A stretch of 64,000 nucleotides of DNA, taken from Sphingobacteriales bacterium. GTDB lineage: Bacteria > Bacteroidota > Bacteroidia > Cytophagales > 172606-1. Location: the NCBI GenBank assembly GCA_031424975.1, contig JANPIL010000141.1, positions 7,293-71,292 of the forward strand. Reading direction: 5' to 3'. The notes under the pieces were generated by a model that was not told the DNA's origin, ran no database searches, and worked only from the letters and a program-made list of their open reading frames with translations. Below, in pieces: positions 37,322 to 47,444 of the stretch. Each line of letters starts with the position of its first letter. Position 1 is the stretch's first letter. A program made the position numbers and the translations under genes.

Positions 37322-39191
37322 AAAACTCCCCTCCCTTTTGGGCAGGGGCTGGAAATGGGGCTGTTGGGGGGCTGTTCATCTCAATCCCTATTTGCTGCAT
37401 CAGTTTGCTGGCGTTGAAGCTGCGGCACGGGCCGGGCTGCAGTTTGTAGTCAAAAAACAGCCGGTCGTCAATGACTTCACTGTTGAAACTGAAATTTTCC
37501 ACCGTATCGGGCAATTCGGCTGCCATTTCGCCGAGTGCCAAATCGTGCGTCGAAATCAGGCCGGAAGCATGGTGGCGGTGCAACTGCCGGATCAACGCCT
37601 TGGCTCCTTCGTGGCGGTCTTGCGAGTTGGTTCCCTTCAGGATTTCGTCGAGCAGGTAAAAAACCGGCTCACCCGATGGCAGCAGTTCCAGCAATTGTTT
37701 GAGCCGTTGGAGTTCAGCATAGAAAGAAGACACGCTTTCTTCCAGCGAATCCTGGGTGCGCATGGAGGTAAATACTTGAAAAACAGACAATTGCATTGCC
37801 GTGGCGCACACCGGCGCACCAGCCATCGCCAGCACCGCATTGATGCCGACCGTGCGCAGGAACGTACTTTTGCCCGACATATTGGAGCCGGTAACGATCA
37901 TGGTTTTGCCGCTGCCCGCCAACGAAAAGTCATTTACGACCCTTTTTCCGGCGATAATCAAAGGATGACCCAAGGTTTGGCCTTCCAAAAAGATACTATT
38001 TTCGGTAAGTTTGTGAAATGCGTATTCCGGGTTGGCATGGCGGAAACCGGCGAGGCTGTTGAGTGTTTCCATTTCGGCCAATGCGTCGAGCCAGCGTGGC
38101 AGGTCATGTTGGTTGGCAGCGTGCCAACGTTCCAAACGGATGGCCCAAAACAAACTCCAGAGCATGAGTGCATTGGCAAGCGGTCCGAAAAAAGCATTTC
38201 CCGCCGAGAGCAGATTGCCCGAAATGCCCGCCAGCCGCTCAATTTTTGCGGATGCTTTCTGATTGTCGGCCAACAAAGCGGCTTTCAACCGCACAAGTTT
38301 TTCCGATTGGAACGGGTGGTTTTCCATCCCAACCAGCAAATCGGCGTATTGGCGCAGCGATTTGGCCATTTCATACGCCTGGTCGGTAAGCCGTTTGATG
38401 TGTTTGCCCGCCAAACCCACCAAGCCCAAATTAAGGAAGCCCAACACCAGTGGCACATGGTACGTGACTGATTCTGTGGCATTTGACAGGAAAATGGCCA
38501 GCAGCATTACAAAAGGCAAAACGCGCGAGGCCAGCACCAATAGCCTGCCAAATGCCCCACCCGCCCCCGAAGGAGGAGCAAAAAAGCCCCCTCTTTCGGA
38601 GGGGGTTGGGGGAGGCCTCTCCCCTTTCGGAGTCTGGGGGGCGGCGTGCCTTCCGGTGGCTTGGAACTGCTGCCGCCATTCAAGGTTTCCGCCCAATTCC
38701 GATACGGCGGCTTGGCGTTCAAGGATTTCCTTTTTGGCGGCTTGGTTTTGGAGCCAACCGGCCAGAAAATCGCTGCCGATAGCGGTTTGCGTGCGGTTTA
38801 GCAACACAAACAATGAATGCAGCCCGAAGATGTCCAAATCGCCGGTGTACGGATGTTGCGGGTTCTGGTAGTGCTGCCCGGTATTTTCAGGTTTGAATTT
38901 GCCTTGCAGGCGCAGGATTTCCTCGTGGTTGATCTGGCTCAAAAACCGGAACTGGTCGCGCCGGTAACCGATGCGGTTGTGCCACTGCATCATCGCAAAA
39001 AATAGTATCAAAAAAAAGAGCGCAACCCCCGTGGCAAGCCCGGCGTTTTCGGTGCTGCGGTAGGCCAGCCACGCACCGCCAATGCCCGCCAAAAACACGG
39101 CCAGCCTCAGCCACGACACGCTGCCGAACTTCTGCTGCCACTTGGCGGCCTCATCATTGAAGTGTTGCTTGCGCTGATGGTAAATTTCCAT
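37320..39191 (-). CDS. MutS domain V (MutS-related) membrane-anchored ATPase
   Basis: N-terminal transmembrane segments, TGSNMSGKSTFLR Walker A, SSFYAEL, LDEILKGTNS, STHDL; contains a repeat-derived insertion. Confidence 0.9.
   Translation of the reverse strand: MEIYHQRKQHFNDEAAKWQQKFGSVSWLRLAVFLAGIGGAWLAYRSTENAGLATGVALFFLILFFAMMQWHNRIGYRRDQFRFLSQINHEEILRLQGKFKPENTGQHYQNPQHPYTGDLDIFGLHSLFVLLNRTQTAIGSDFLAGWLQNQAAKKEILERQAAVSELGGNLEWRQQFQATGRHAAPQTPKGERPPPTPSERGGFFAPPSGAGGAFGRLLVLASRVLPFVMLLAIFLSNATESVTYHVPLVLGFLNLGLVGLAGKHIKRLTDQAYEMAKSLRQYADLLVGMENHPFQSEKLVRLKAALLADNQKASAKIERLAGISGNLLSAGNAFFGPLANALMLWSLFWAIRLERWHAANQHDLPRWLDALAEMETLNSLAGFRHANPEYAFHKLTENSIFLEGQTLGHPLIIAGKRVVNDFSLAGSGKTMIVTGSNMSGKSTFLRTVGINAVLAMAGAPVCATAMQLSVFQVFTSMRTQDSLEESVSSFYAELQRLKQLLELLPSGEPVFYLLDEILKGTNSQDRHEGAKALIRQLHRHHASGLISTHDLALGEMAAELPDTVENFSFNSEVIDDRLFFDYKLQPGPCRSFNASKLMQQIGIEMNSPPTAPFPAPAQKGGEF
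37974..38002 (-). repeat. Motif A copy in MutS-domain CDS
   Basis: GGTTTGGCCTTCCAAAAAGATACTATTTT; encodes ENSIFLEGQT. Confidence 0.85.
38583..38617 (-). repeat. REP-like palindrome inside the MutS-domain CDS
   Basis: Reverse complement GGCCTCCCCCAACCCCCTCCGAAAGAGGGGGCTTT. Confidence 0.85.
38999..39027 (+). repeat. Motif A copy in MutS-domain CDS (transmembrane segment)
   Basis: AAAATAGTATCAAAAAAAAGAGCGCAACC; encodes VALFFLILFF. Confidence 0.7.
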
Positions 39192-39244
39192 GTCTGTGTA
39201 AATGTTTGGGCCAAAGGTATGGAAATTCAGGGTGTGGCACAGGC

Positions 39245-39285
39245 AAAACACAAAAGCGCAGCTTGTGGCCGCGCTTTTGTGTTTT
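39245..39285 (-). terminator. Hairpin downstream of the TonB receptor gene
   Basis: AAAACACAAAAGCGC-loop-GCGCTTTTGTGTTTT. Confidence 0.7.
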
Positions 39286-39286
39286 T

Positions 39287-39315
39287 GAAATAGTATGTTT
39301 CCAAAAGCCCAAACC
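39287..39315 (+). repeat. Motif A copy
   Basis: GAAATAGTATGTTTCCAAAAGCCCAAACC. Confidence 0.9.
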
Positions 39316-39324
39316 TGCTTCGAC

Positions 39325-42195
39325 TTACAGCGTGAAGCCGAGTTTGGCAAACACAAACCGTCCGTTGAAGCCGAACTGAGTCACGGCGCGGCTGTACAGG
39401 AAACGCCCGTTTGAAGTATTGTCGCGGCCGGCGGTATAGTTGGCCGCCGGGTCGCCGGTGAAGTTGTCTTCGCGGTTGCGCGGGTCAATGTACATACGGT
39501 CGGGATAGACATCAAACAGGTTGTTGGCTCCCACGGTGGCCGTCAGCATCTTGTTGATTTTGTAACTGACCGTCAAATCCGTTATCCATTTGGCCGAAAA
39601 AGTCTGATCCATTTCCAAAGGCAGATTGTTGGCCGCAATGGTGGGATCCACTTGGTTCTTGAATGTCACCTCGCCAAAGCGCACCGTACGTGCCGAAATG
39701 TTCCATTTTTCACTGTCAAACGTCGCACTCAGGTTTATTTTGCTGCGCGGCACCGCCGATTCGTAACGCGAACGCTCAAGCCGGTCGAACAGACGGGCTT
39801 TCAGCGATGGGTCGCCTTCAATGATGCCGGAACCTTGTACGCTGGTTACTTCCGTCCGGTTGAAGTTGGCGGCTGCCGACAACACAAGGCTTTGGCGTTT
39901 GGCGGTGTTGATGTTAATCCGGTCGGAAAGCACCACATCCAAACCACGCGTGGTGGTATTGATGGCATTGGTGAAAAACTGGACGCTATTGATTTGGGCA
40001 TTGGGGTCAACGGTATTCAGGATTTTATTCACTAAGCCGTTTGGATTAAGCACACCGGCAGTACGTTCGCGCACATACTGGCTTGAGAACACGATCCGGT
40101 CTTTGATGTCTATTTGATAAGCATCCACGGTGAAGGTGAACGTGCTCACTTTGCCAGTCAGACCCAAACTGTACGAATTAGAAATTTCCGGCTTGAGCGA
40201 CCCCACACCAAACTGCCGTACCACCGAATTATCGTTGTTCACGGTCAGCACTTGCGTGGGCACACTGTTGACAAACTGGGTGCTTTCGTTGTTGAAATAC
40301 CGTTGGTGCAATGATGGCGCGCGGAAGCCGGTGGCAACGGCACCACGAATGGCAAAGTCATTGATAATCTTGTAACGCGCCGTAGCCTTGTACGAGAGGT
40401 TGTTGCCAAAATCGCTGTAGTTTTCAAAGCGTCCCGCCATATCCACAAGCAGTTTCGGCCCGAATTCCGCTTCAAAATCGGCATACACGGCTTTGTTATT
40501 GCGCGACTTGTTCAAGGCATTGGCAGGCTTGAAACCCGGAAACACTTGCGCACCGGCGGCTTTGGTTCCATCGAAATTTTGTCCGTCCGGGAAACCTCGC
40601 GACCAAGAGCGTTCCTCACCGGCTTTAATCTGATAGTTGTCCGAGCGGTACTCGCCACCAAAGGCCACGTTGAGCGAACTGAGTATGTTATCAAATTCAA
40701 GGCGGCGCGAAAAGTCAAGGTTCACCGTATTCTGCCGGAACTGCAGTGTGCCAGCGTAGAATTCGGTTTTGTTATCGGCCAAGTTGCTGATGGAAGCATT
40801 CAGTGTGTTGGTGATGTCGTAACGGATGGAGTTGATGCCCCAAGTATTGCTCAGGTCGTAATTCCATTTGCCCAGATTTCCCCGCAAACCCGTAATGGCC
40901 GAGTAGTCTTTGATAACGGTATTGATCAACGGCAGGAAACCGTTGGGATAGATGCGCAAATCTATCTGGGCGGCCTGTTGTGGAATACGGTAGAAACCAG
41001 CCGCTTCGCCCGTCCGGTAACCGCCACCGGCGGTCACATAAAGTTCGGCGGCGGGAGCCAGCTTGTAGCCGAAGTTAAGGAATCCACCCAAGTTGCGCGT
41101 GGATGAGTTACCGACGCGCATATTGTTGCGATCCAAGCCGCCAGCCGCCGCTTTGGCATCGTCGGCAACTTTCAGAGTTCTGTAACGGGTTTGGAAATCG
41201 GCATCCGCCTCCCCGGCTCCGCGTGAGGGAAGGTTAGTGTACAGTAGTGGCCGCGTATCCAAGCCTCCCCGGTTGGTTTCGCCCCGGCCCAGAGATTGTC
41301 CCGAAAAATTGACATAGCCTTTTTCGCCCAAGGCCCAGCCCTTGCTCAAATCCACTTGCAGGGTTTTGCCATCGTTGAAGTTACGGCCCAGGGCACTGGA
41401 AAGGCTTTGTCCGTAAAGGGCGGTTACCGTCCAGGGGGTTTCCTTTTTAAGGACAAGGTTTATCACACCCGCAATCGCATCCGATCCGTATTGGGCGGCC
41501 GCACCATCGCGCAGCACTTCAATGCGTTCAATAGCAGCGGCGGGAATCGCGTTCATGTCCGTGCCCACTGTACCGCGCCCGAATGTTCCGTTGATGTTGA
41601 GCAATGCCGTCGTGTGGCGGCGTTTGCCGTTTACCAGCACCAGCACTTGGTCGGGCCCAAGGCCGCGCAACGAAGCCGGGTCGATGTGATCGGTACCGTC
41701 GGCCACGGTTTGGCGGTTAGAACTGAACGAGGGCGCAATGAAATTCAATATCTGCGTCACATCGGTTTGGGCATAAGCCTTGATTTCCTTGGCTCCAATC
41801 ACGTCCACAGGCACGGGTGTTTCGATATTGGTACGCGCCACATTGGAGCGCGTACCTACCACCACGATTTCCTGCAACGTGGACGAGGCATCGCGCAGGG
41901 TCACATCTTGGGCTGCAAAATCAGTTCCCTGCACGGTTACGGCGGCAGTGCGGGTTTCATAACCTATCGAACTGATTTTCAGGCGGTAAGTGCCGGGTTC
42001 AATGCGCAATGTGTAGGCTCCATTGGCATCGGTAATCACTCCGGTTGTCCGCCCTTCAATGGTAACCGCTGCACCGGGAACTCCAGTGCCGGTGGTATCG
42101 CGGACAGTTCCCTTGATGCCTTGCGCAAAAGTGGCAAGTGAGATCATTGACAGGGCAATGACCATTGAGAATTTAGTAAGTTTCTTACTGCTCAT
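39325..42195 (-). CDS. TonB-dependent receptor
   Basis: Signal peptide, carboxypeptidase-like N-terminal domain, plug SLRGLGPDQVLVLVNGKR, IERIEVLRDGAAAQYGSDAIAGVIN, C-terminal F-rich end. Confidence 0.93.
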   Translation of the reverse strand: MSSKKLTKFSMVIALSMISLATFAQGIKGTVRDTTGTGVPGAAVTIEGRTTGVITDANGAYTLRIEPGTYRLKISSIGYETRTAAVTVQGTDFAAQDVTLRDASSTLQEIVVVGTRSNVARTNIETPVPVDVIGAKEIKAYAQTDVTQILNFIAPSFSSNRQTVADGTDHIDPASLRGLGPDQVLVLVNGKRRHTTALLNINGTFGRGTVGTDMNAIPAAAIERIEVLRDGAAAQYGSDAIAGVINLVLKKETPWTVTALYGQSLSSALGRNFNDGKTLQVDLSKGWALGEKGYVNFSGQSLGRGETNRGGLDTRPLLYTNLPSRGAGEADADFQTRYRTLKVADDAKAAAGGLDRNNMRVGNSSTRNLGGFLNFGYKLAPAAELYVTAGGGYRTGEAAGFYRIPQQAAQIDLRIYPNGFLPLINTVIKDYSAITGLRGNLGKWNYDLSNTWGINSIRYDITNTLNASISNLADNKTEFYAGTLQFRQNTVNLDFSRRLEFDNILSSLNVAFGGEYRSDNYQIKAGEERSWSRGFPDGQNFDGTKAAGAQVFPGFKPANALNKSRNNKAVYADFEAEFGPKLLVDMAGRFENYSDFGNNLSYKATARYKIINDFAIRGAVATGFRAPSLHQRYFNNESTQFVNSVPTQVLTVNNDNSVVRQFGVGSLKPEISNSYSLGLTGKVSTFTFTVDAYQIDIKDRIVFSSQYVRERTAGVLNPNGLVNKILNTVDPNAQINSVQFFTNAINTTTRGLDVVLSDRININTAKRQSLVLSAAANFNRTEVTSVQGSGIIEGDPSLKARLFDRLERSRYESAVPRSKINLSATFDSEKWNISARTVRFGEVTFKNQVDPTIAANNLPLEMDQTFSAKWITDLTVSYKINKMLTATVGANNLFDVYPDRMYIDPRNREDNFTGDPAANYTAGRDNTSNGRFLYSRAVTQFGFNGRFVFAKLGFTL

Positions 42196-42395
42196 ATTTG
42201 GTGGTTTTTTGGTAAACGATTGCTGAAAATGCTCACAGTGTTGCGATTGCAATTAAGATTAGCTGGAAATTCGATGAAAAAATCGCCTGTATTTTGTGTT
42301 TTAAAAATCTACTGGCGTTGGGCAAAGACAGGAAGGAACATTCATAACCGGTCAGGCTCACAAATGTTTGAGTGTTGGCAGGAAATACTGTGGGA

Positions 42396-42424
42396 GGTTT
42401 CGCATTTTTAAAAGATACTATTTT
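42396..42424 (-). repeat. Motif A copy (last before the motif desert)
   Basis: GGTTTCGCATTTTTAAAAGATACTATTTT. Confidence 0.9.
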
Positions 42425-42466
42425 CCAGCCTTCAATGCGGTGTTCCGTACTAAACCGCCAGCCGGA

Positions 42467-43567
42467 TTAATTTCGCATCAAGTCAATGAATTCATCAAAA
42501 AGATAACGCGAGTCGTGCGGCCCTGGCGATGCTTCGGGGTGGTATTGCACTGAAAAAGCCGGCTTATCTTTGCGCCGGATGCCTTCAATGGTGTCATCGT
42601 TCAGGTTCAGGTGCGTAATTTCAACATTAGCAAAATCGCGTACCACGTCGCCCCGTACGGCAAAACCGTGGTTTTGCGAGGTAATCTCGCCTTTGCCGGT
42701 AATCAGGTTTTTGACCGGATGGTTCAGCCCCCGGTGTCCGTGATGCATTTTATAGGTATCAATTCCACTGGACAAAGCCAATATCTGATGTCCCAGACAA
42801 ATGCCGAACATAGGTTTTTCGGCATCCAGAATTTGCTTGACCGTATTTATCGCGTAAGGCATTGCCGCCGGATCACCGGGACCGTTGGAGATGAAATATC
42901 CGTCTGGATTCCAAGCCTGCATCTCTTCAAAAGATGTTTTGGCGGGAAACACGCGGCAGTAACTGCCACGATTGGCCAGGTTACCCACAATACTTCTTTT
43001 AATACCCAAATCCAGAACCGCAACTTTCCATCGGGAATTCTCATCTCCCACAAAAAACGGCTGTTTTGTACTTACTTGCGAAGACAATTCAAGTCCGGCC
43101 ATATCCGGCACTTCCATTAATTTTTGCCGCAGAACCTGCACATCCGGTATTTCCGAAGATATAATGGCATTCATCGCACCACGGCTGCGAATGTGCCGGA
43201 CTATTTCCCGCGTATCCACCCCATAAATACCCACAATGCCAGCCTTCTCAAAATAGGCTTGTAGAGAAGCATCCGCCATATCGCGCGAGTGGATTGCCGA
43301 AAACGCACTGCATACCATCCCGCTTATTTTCACCGAACCGGATTCCTGTTCGGTGTCTATCGTTCCATAGTTGCCAATATGCGATACTGTATTGATTACG
43401 ATTTGCCCGAAATAAGAGGGGTCAGTGTAGATTTCCTGATAGCCGGTCATGCCGGTATTAAAGCAAACCTCGCCGGCTGTTGTCCCGGTTTTTCCCAGTG
43501 CATACCCACGGTAAATCGTACCATCCTGCAATAAAAGCACAGCTTCGGTGCGTGTTGGATATCTCAT
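42467..43567 (-). CDS. carA: Carbamoyl-phosphate synthase small subunit
   Basis: FNTGMTGYQE..TDPSY, SNGPGDP, GICLGHQ, QYHPEASPGP. Confidence 0.97.
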   Translation of the reverse strand: MRYPTRTEAVLLLQDGTIYRGYALGKTGTTAGEVCFNTGMTGYQEIYTDPSYFGQIVINTVSHIGNYGTIDTEQESGSVKISGMVCSAFSAIHSRDMADASLQAYFEKAGIVGIYGVDTREIVRHIRSRGAMNAIISSEIPDVQVLRQKLMEVPDMAGLELSSQVSTKQPFFVGDENSRWKVAVLDLGIKRSIVGNLANRGSYCRVFPAKTSFEEMQAWNPDGYFISNGPGDPAAMPYAINTVKQILDAEKPMFGICLGHQILALSSGIDTYKMHHGHRGLNHPVKNLITGKGEITSQNHGFAVRGDVVRDFANVEITHLNLNDDTIEGIRRKDKPAFSVQYHPEASPGPHDSRYLFDEFIDLMRN

Positions 43568-43678
43568 GGTAAGTCGGAGGTTTACGGATTTGAAAACATA
43601 TTATTTTGACAGGCTGTAATCAACAATTTAATTTGTCATTTATTGTCCATCACAAACATAAAAATTAACAGGGCATAA

Positions 43679-43711
43679 AAAAAGGATTGGAGACAAACTC
43701 CAATCCTTTTT
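43679..43711 (-). terminator. Intrinsic terminator after rplQ
   Basis: AAAAAGGATTGGAG-ACAAA-CTCCAATCCTTTTT. Confidence 0.85.
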
Positions 43712-43731
43712 CCTATTCAATGAATGCGGCA

Positions 43732-44298
43732 TTATTCCTTGCTTTGAGTTTCCTCCGAAGAAGAATCATCCGCATCTGTATCCTGTGCCGACTGCTCACT
43801 TGCTGGTGCTTCCGTTTCTATAACGGAAGTTGCTTGTACCTCCGCCACATCAGACTCGGAACCCTCCGCCTTTGATTTGCCTCCCCGACGGCTACGACGC
43901 GTCTTTGTCTTCACCTCAGATGCTGCTTTCAGCATTGTTTCGTTGTAATCAACCAATTCAATCAAGCACATATCTGCATTATCACCCGGACGGTTGCCCA
44001 ACTTGATTATACGAGTGTACCCACCTGGACGGTCACCAACTCTTTCGGCAATGTCACCAAACAGTGTCTTAATAGATTCTTTGTTTTGCAAATACGAAAA
44101 AACCGTCCGACGAGAGTGTGTCGTGTCATTTTTGGACTTTGTTATTAAAGGCTCCACATATTTGCGCAGTTCTTTTGCCTTCGCCAACGTTGTCTCAATT
44201 CTCTTGTGCTCAATCAAAGAGGACGCCATATTAGACAATAATGCCTGACGGTGGCTGGATGTCCTTCCTAAATGGTTGTGTGTTTTTCCGTGTCTCAT
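43732..44298 (-). CDS. rplQ: 50S ribosomal protein L17 with acidic tail
   Basis: [23 protein letters not shown]. Confidence 0.97.
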   Translation of the reverse strand: MRHGKTHNHLGRTSSHRQALLSNMASSLIEHKRIETTLAKAKELRKYVEPLITKSKNDTTHSRRTVFSYLQNKESIKTLFGDIAERVGDRPGGYTRIIKLGNRPGDNADMCLIELVDYNETMLKAASEVKTKTRRSRRGGKSKAEGSESDVAEVQATSVIETEAPASEQSAQDTDADDSSSEETQSKE

Positions 44299-44371
44299 AT
44301 TACTAAACTAATAAATTCTATCAATTTACGTCTTTAAACAACATTTTTCATTAAAAATAATGACGGTTTTC

Positions 44372-45361
44372 TCAATCCTCTTCCAACTTGTATTTAATCA
44401 CATCCATACCAAAAGTGAGCCCTTTGTCCGATACCAATTGTTCTAATTCAGTAAGAGATTTTTTTCCAAAATTCCTAAATTTCATCATTTCCGAGATATC
44501 CAACCTTGCCAAATCTCCCAACGTACGGACATCCGCAGACTTAAGACAATTGTACGCACGAACAGACAAATCCAAGTCAGCCAAAGGCGTTTTCAACAAC
44601 TTACGCATATGCAGGTATTCTTCGTCCACCGTATTTTCTTCTTCCGGCTTCATAGCCTCGAATGTCATTGTCTGATCAGAGAATAACATAAAATGCTGAA
44701 TAAGAATTTTTGCAGCACCCTTTAATGCGTCTTCCGGATGAACAGACCCATCTGTCTGGATATCAATCAATAGCCGCTCATAATCGGTTTTTTGTTCGAC
44801 CCGAGTATTTTCAATGCTATATTTGACGTTTTTAATAGGTGTGAAAATAGCATCCACGGAAATAAAACCAATAGATTGGTCACCTTGCTTATTTTCCTCA
44901 GCTGGAACGTAGCCGCGTCCTTTTTCAATTACCAACTCAACTTCCAAATTTACGGATTCATCCATATTACAAATCACCAAGTCTGGATTCAGTATTTGAA
45001 ATGAAGGAGTGAATTTGGCTATGTCACCAGCAATAAATTTCTTGCTGTTTTTGATGTTTATTAAAATCCGGCCATCAACCGCATCCGAGATTTTTTTGAA
45101 CCGAATCATTTTCAAATTCAAAATGATTTCGCTCACATCTTCCACTACTCCTTCTACTGAGGAGAATTCATGCAATACAGTCGGCATTTTAACGGCAGTA
45201 ACAGCATATCCTTCTAATGAAGACAGCAATATCCGACGTAACGCATTGCCAATCGTAACGCCATATCCTTTCTCTAACGGTTTAAATTCAAACAAGCCGT
45301 GAAAATCGTCCGCTTTCTCCATCACCACCTTATCGGGCATCTGAAAAGTTACTATTGACAT
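44372..45361 (-). CDS. rpoA: RNA polymerase alpha subunit
   Basis: [30 protein letters not shown]. Confidence 0.98.
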   Translation of the reverse strand: MSIVTFQMPDKVVMEKADDFHGLFEFKPLEKGYGVTIGNALRRILLSSLEGYAVTAVKMPTVLHEFSSVEGVVEDVSEIILNLKMIRFKKISDAVDGRILINIKNSKKFIAGDIAKFTPSFQILNPDLVICNMDESVNLEVELVIEKGRGYVPAEENKQGDQSIGFISVDAIFTPIKNVKYSIENTRVEQKTDYERLLIDIQTDGSVHPEDALKGAAKILIQHFMLFSDQTMTFEAMKPEEENTVDEEYLHMRKLLKTPLADLDLSVRAYNCLKSADVRTLGDLARLDISEMMKFRNFGKKSLTELEQLVSDKGLTFGMDVIKYKLEED

Positions 45362-45412
45362 AAATTTAATGTTTTGATTTCTGTTAGAGGACAAACTTCA
45401 CAAACAATTGAA

Positions 45413-46018
45413 TTATTTTGAATACAATTCAACTATGAGTTGCTCCTGAATGTTCTCTGGAATCTGATCTCTATCTGGATAATTGACAAATTTTCCCGTC
45501 ATTACTCCTCCATCCCACTCCAACCAATTGAACCTTTTCGCGTTTTTCGCTGACAAACTATTAGTAATTGCCTCGAGTGACTTAGATTTTTCGCGCACAC
45601 TTATCACATCACCAGGACGCAATGTATACGAGGGTATGTTAACTATGTCTCCATTCACCAAAATGTGTTTGTGAACAACCAATTGGCGTGCAGCCCTACG
45701 GGTGGGAGCCACACCCAACCTATAAACGGTATTGTCCAGTCTGGCTTCCAAAAGACGAAGCAAGTTCTCTCCAGTGATACCTTGCAAGCGACTTGCCTTA
45801 TCAAAAGTATTCGCAAACTGCCGCTCCAGAACTCCGTATGTGTATTTTGCCTTCTGCTTTTCTTGCAATTGAACCGCGTATTCTGATTGCTTGCGCTTTC
45901 GTCCCCTTCCGTGCTGACCAGGAGGATAATTCTTTTTAGCCAAAGCCTTGTTACCTCCAAGAATAGGCTCTCCAAATTTTCGGGATATTCTTGCTTTCGG
46001 ACCTATGTATCTCGCCAT
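45413..46018 (-). CDS. rpsD: 30S ribosomal protein S4
   Basis: MARYIGP..LEARLDN. Confidence 0.98.
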   Translation of the reverse strand: MARYIGPKARISRKFGEPILGGNKALAKKNYPPGQHGRGRKRKQSEYAVQLQEKQKAKYTYGVLERQFANTFDKASRLQGITGENLLRLLEARLDNTVYRLGVAPTRRAARQLVVHKHILVNGDIVNIPSYTLRPGDVISVREKSKSLEAITNSLSAKNAKRFNWLEWDGGVMTGKFVNYPDRDQIPENIQEQLIVELYSK

Positions 46019-46155
46019 TTTATCTAATATTCAAAATTTTATTTTATGTCAGTGTTATGACTTTAAACGCCCGGCCTGTACTTTTATCTTAAGTCGTAAT
46101 AGAGATTTTGTTTGCCTGTGGCTCACGAAATTTTCCACCTCCGCAAATCATGCTT

Positions 46156-46551
46156 TTATACTCTTCTTCGCTTAGGAGGGCGGCATCCATTGTGTGGCAA
46201 TGGAGTAACATCTCTTATAGAGGTTACTTCAATACCTGCATTTTGTATCGTCCTTATAGCAGATTCGCGACCTGCGCCAGGCCCTTTGACAAGAACCTCG
46301 GCCTTACGCATACCCAACTCAAATGCAGTTTGTGCGCAATTAGTAGCTGCCATCTGGGCGGCGTATGGAGTATTTTTCTTCGAGCCTTTAAAACCCATTT
46401 TTCCGGCAGATGCCCACGAGATTACCTGACCATTAATATTCGTAATTGAAATGATAATATTGTTAAAAGAAGCCCTAATATGGATTTGGCCAATAGGCTC
46501 CACTACTACTATTCTTTTTTTGGCCTTGTCTTTCCTTTTTGCCTGCGCCAT
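46156..46551 (-). CDS. rpsK: 30S ribosomal protein S11
   Basis: [18 protein letters not shown]. Confidence 0.98.
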   Translation of the reverse strand: MAQAKRKDKAKKRIVVVEPIGQIHIRASFNNIIISITNINGQVISWASAGKMGFKGSKKNTPYAAQMAATNCAQTAFELGMRKAEVLVKGPGAGRESAIRTIQNAGIEVTSIRDVTPLPHNGCRPPKRRRV

Positions 46552-46687
46552 TGTTAGGTGTTTTTTAATTGATTTGATTTTCTGAGCGGACTATTTTGCA
46601 CGAAAACAATCAGGTGTTTGAAGATTTATCTACCAAAATATAGGGTTACAAAAAAATATTACAATGACAACCAATTTCGTTATCGCG

Positions 46688-47065
46688 TTATTTAGTTGCT
46701 TTTTTCTTGTTCGCAACTGTTTTGCGCTTGCCCTTTCTTGTACGGGCATTATTTTTTGTCCTTTGCCCCCTAACAGGTAAACCTTTTCTATGGCGAAGAC
46801 CCCTATAGCACCCTATATCCATTAAACGCTTAATACTTAACTGTACCTCCGATTTTAAGGCACCTTCAACTTTAAACTCCCCGGTGATTATGTTACGGAT
46901 TGCATTTGCCTCATCATCAGTCCACTGGTTGGCTTTCTTGTCAAATGACACATTTGCCTTTGCCAAGATTTTTTGGGCAGACCGACGTCCAACACCATAA
47001 ATGTAAGTAAGCGCAATTTCACCGCGCTTCTTATCAGGAATATCAACACCTGCGATACGTGCCAT
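46688..47065 (-). CDS. rpsM: 30S ribosomal protein S13
   Basis: [24 protein letters not shown]. Confidence 0.98.
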   Translation of the reverse strand: MARIAGVDIPDKKRGEIALTYIYGVGRRSAQKILAKANVSFDKKANQWTDDEANAIRNIITGEFKVEGALKSEVQLSIKRLMDIGCYRGLRHRKGLPVRGQRTKNNARTRKGKRKTVANKKKATK

Positions 47066-47070
47066 AAGAA

Positions 47071-47187
47071 TTAACCTTGTCTTTGTTTGAACTTAGGATT
47101 TTTTTTATTAATTACGTAAAGTTTTCCTTTGCGGCGGATGATTTTACAATCAACGCTACGTTTTTTTATAGAGGTCTTTACTTTCAT
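47071..47187 (-). CDS. rpmJ: 50S ribosomal protein L36
   Basis: Hand translation [38 protein letters not shown]; below the ORF-track cutoff. Confidence 0.95.
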   Translation of the reverse strand: MKVKTSIKKRSVDCKIIRRKGKLYVINKKNPKFKQRQG

Positions 47188-47225
47188 TTCTGCGGAATTT
47201 TGAGGTAAGCACTAAATATTAGGAA

Positions 47226-47444
47226 TTACTTATAACGGTAGACTATACGACCTTTAGAAAGATCATAAGGTGACATTTCTATTTTGACTTTATCTCCTGG
47301 CAATATCTTGATGTAATTCATTCTCATTTTCCCTGAGATATGAGCTATTAGTTGGTGTCCATTTTGCAACTCCACCCGAAACATTGCATTCGACAAAGCT
47401 TCCACTATCGTTCCGTCTTGTTCAATAGATGATTGTTTTGCCAT
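47226..47444 (-). CDS. infA: Translation initiation factor IF-1
   Basis: [18 protein letters not shown]. Confidence 0.98.
   Translation of the reverse strand: MAKQSSIEQDGTIVEALSNAMFRVELQNGHQLIAHISGKMRMNYIKILPGDKVKIEMSPYDLSKGRIVYRYK

Noticed and set aside
2877-42424. Motif A as a CRISPR repeat
   Set aside because: Spacing is irregular (tens of bp to kb), orientations are mixed, copies lie inside genes, and no cas genes are in the window.
42196-42466. Riboswitch upstream of the TonB receptor gene
   Set aside because: No cobalamin or TPP consensus was recognisable by eye; an Rfam scan is needed.
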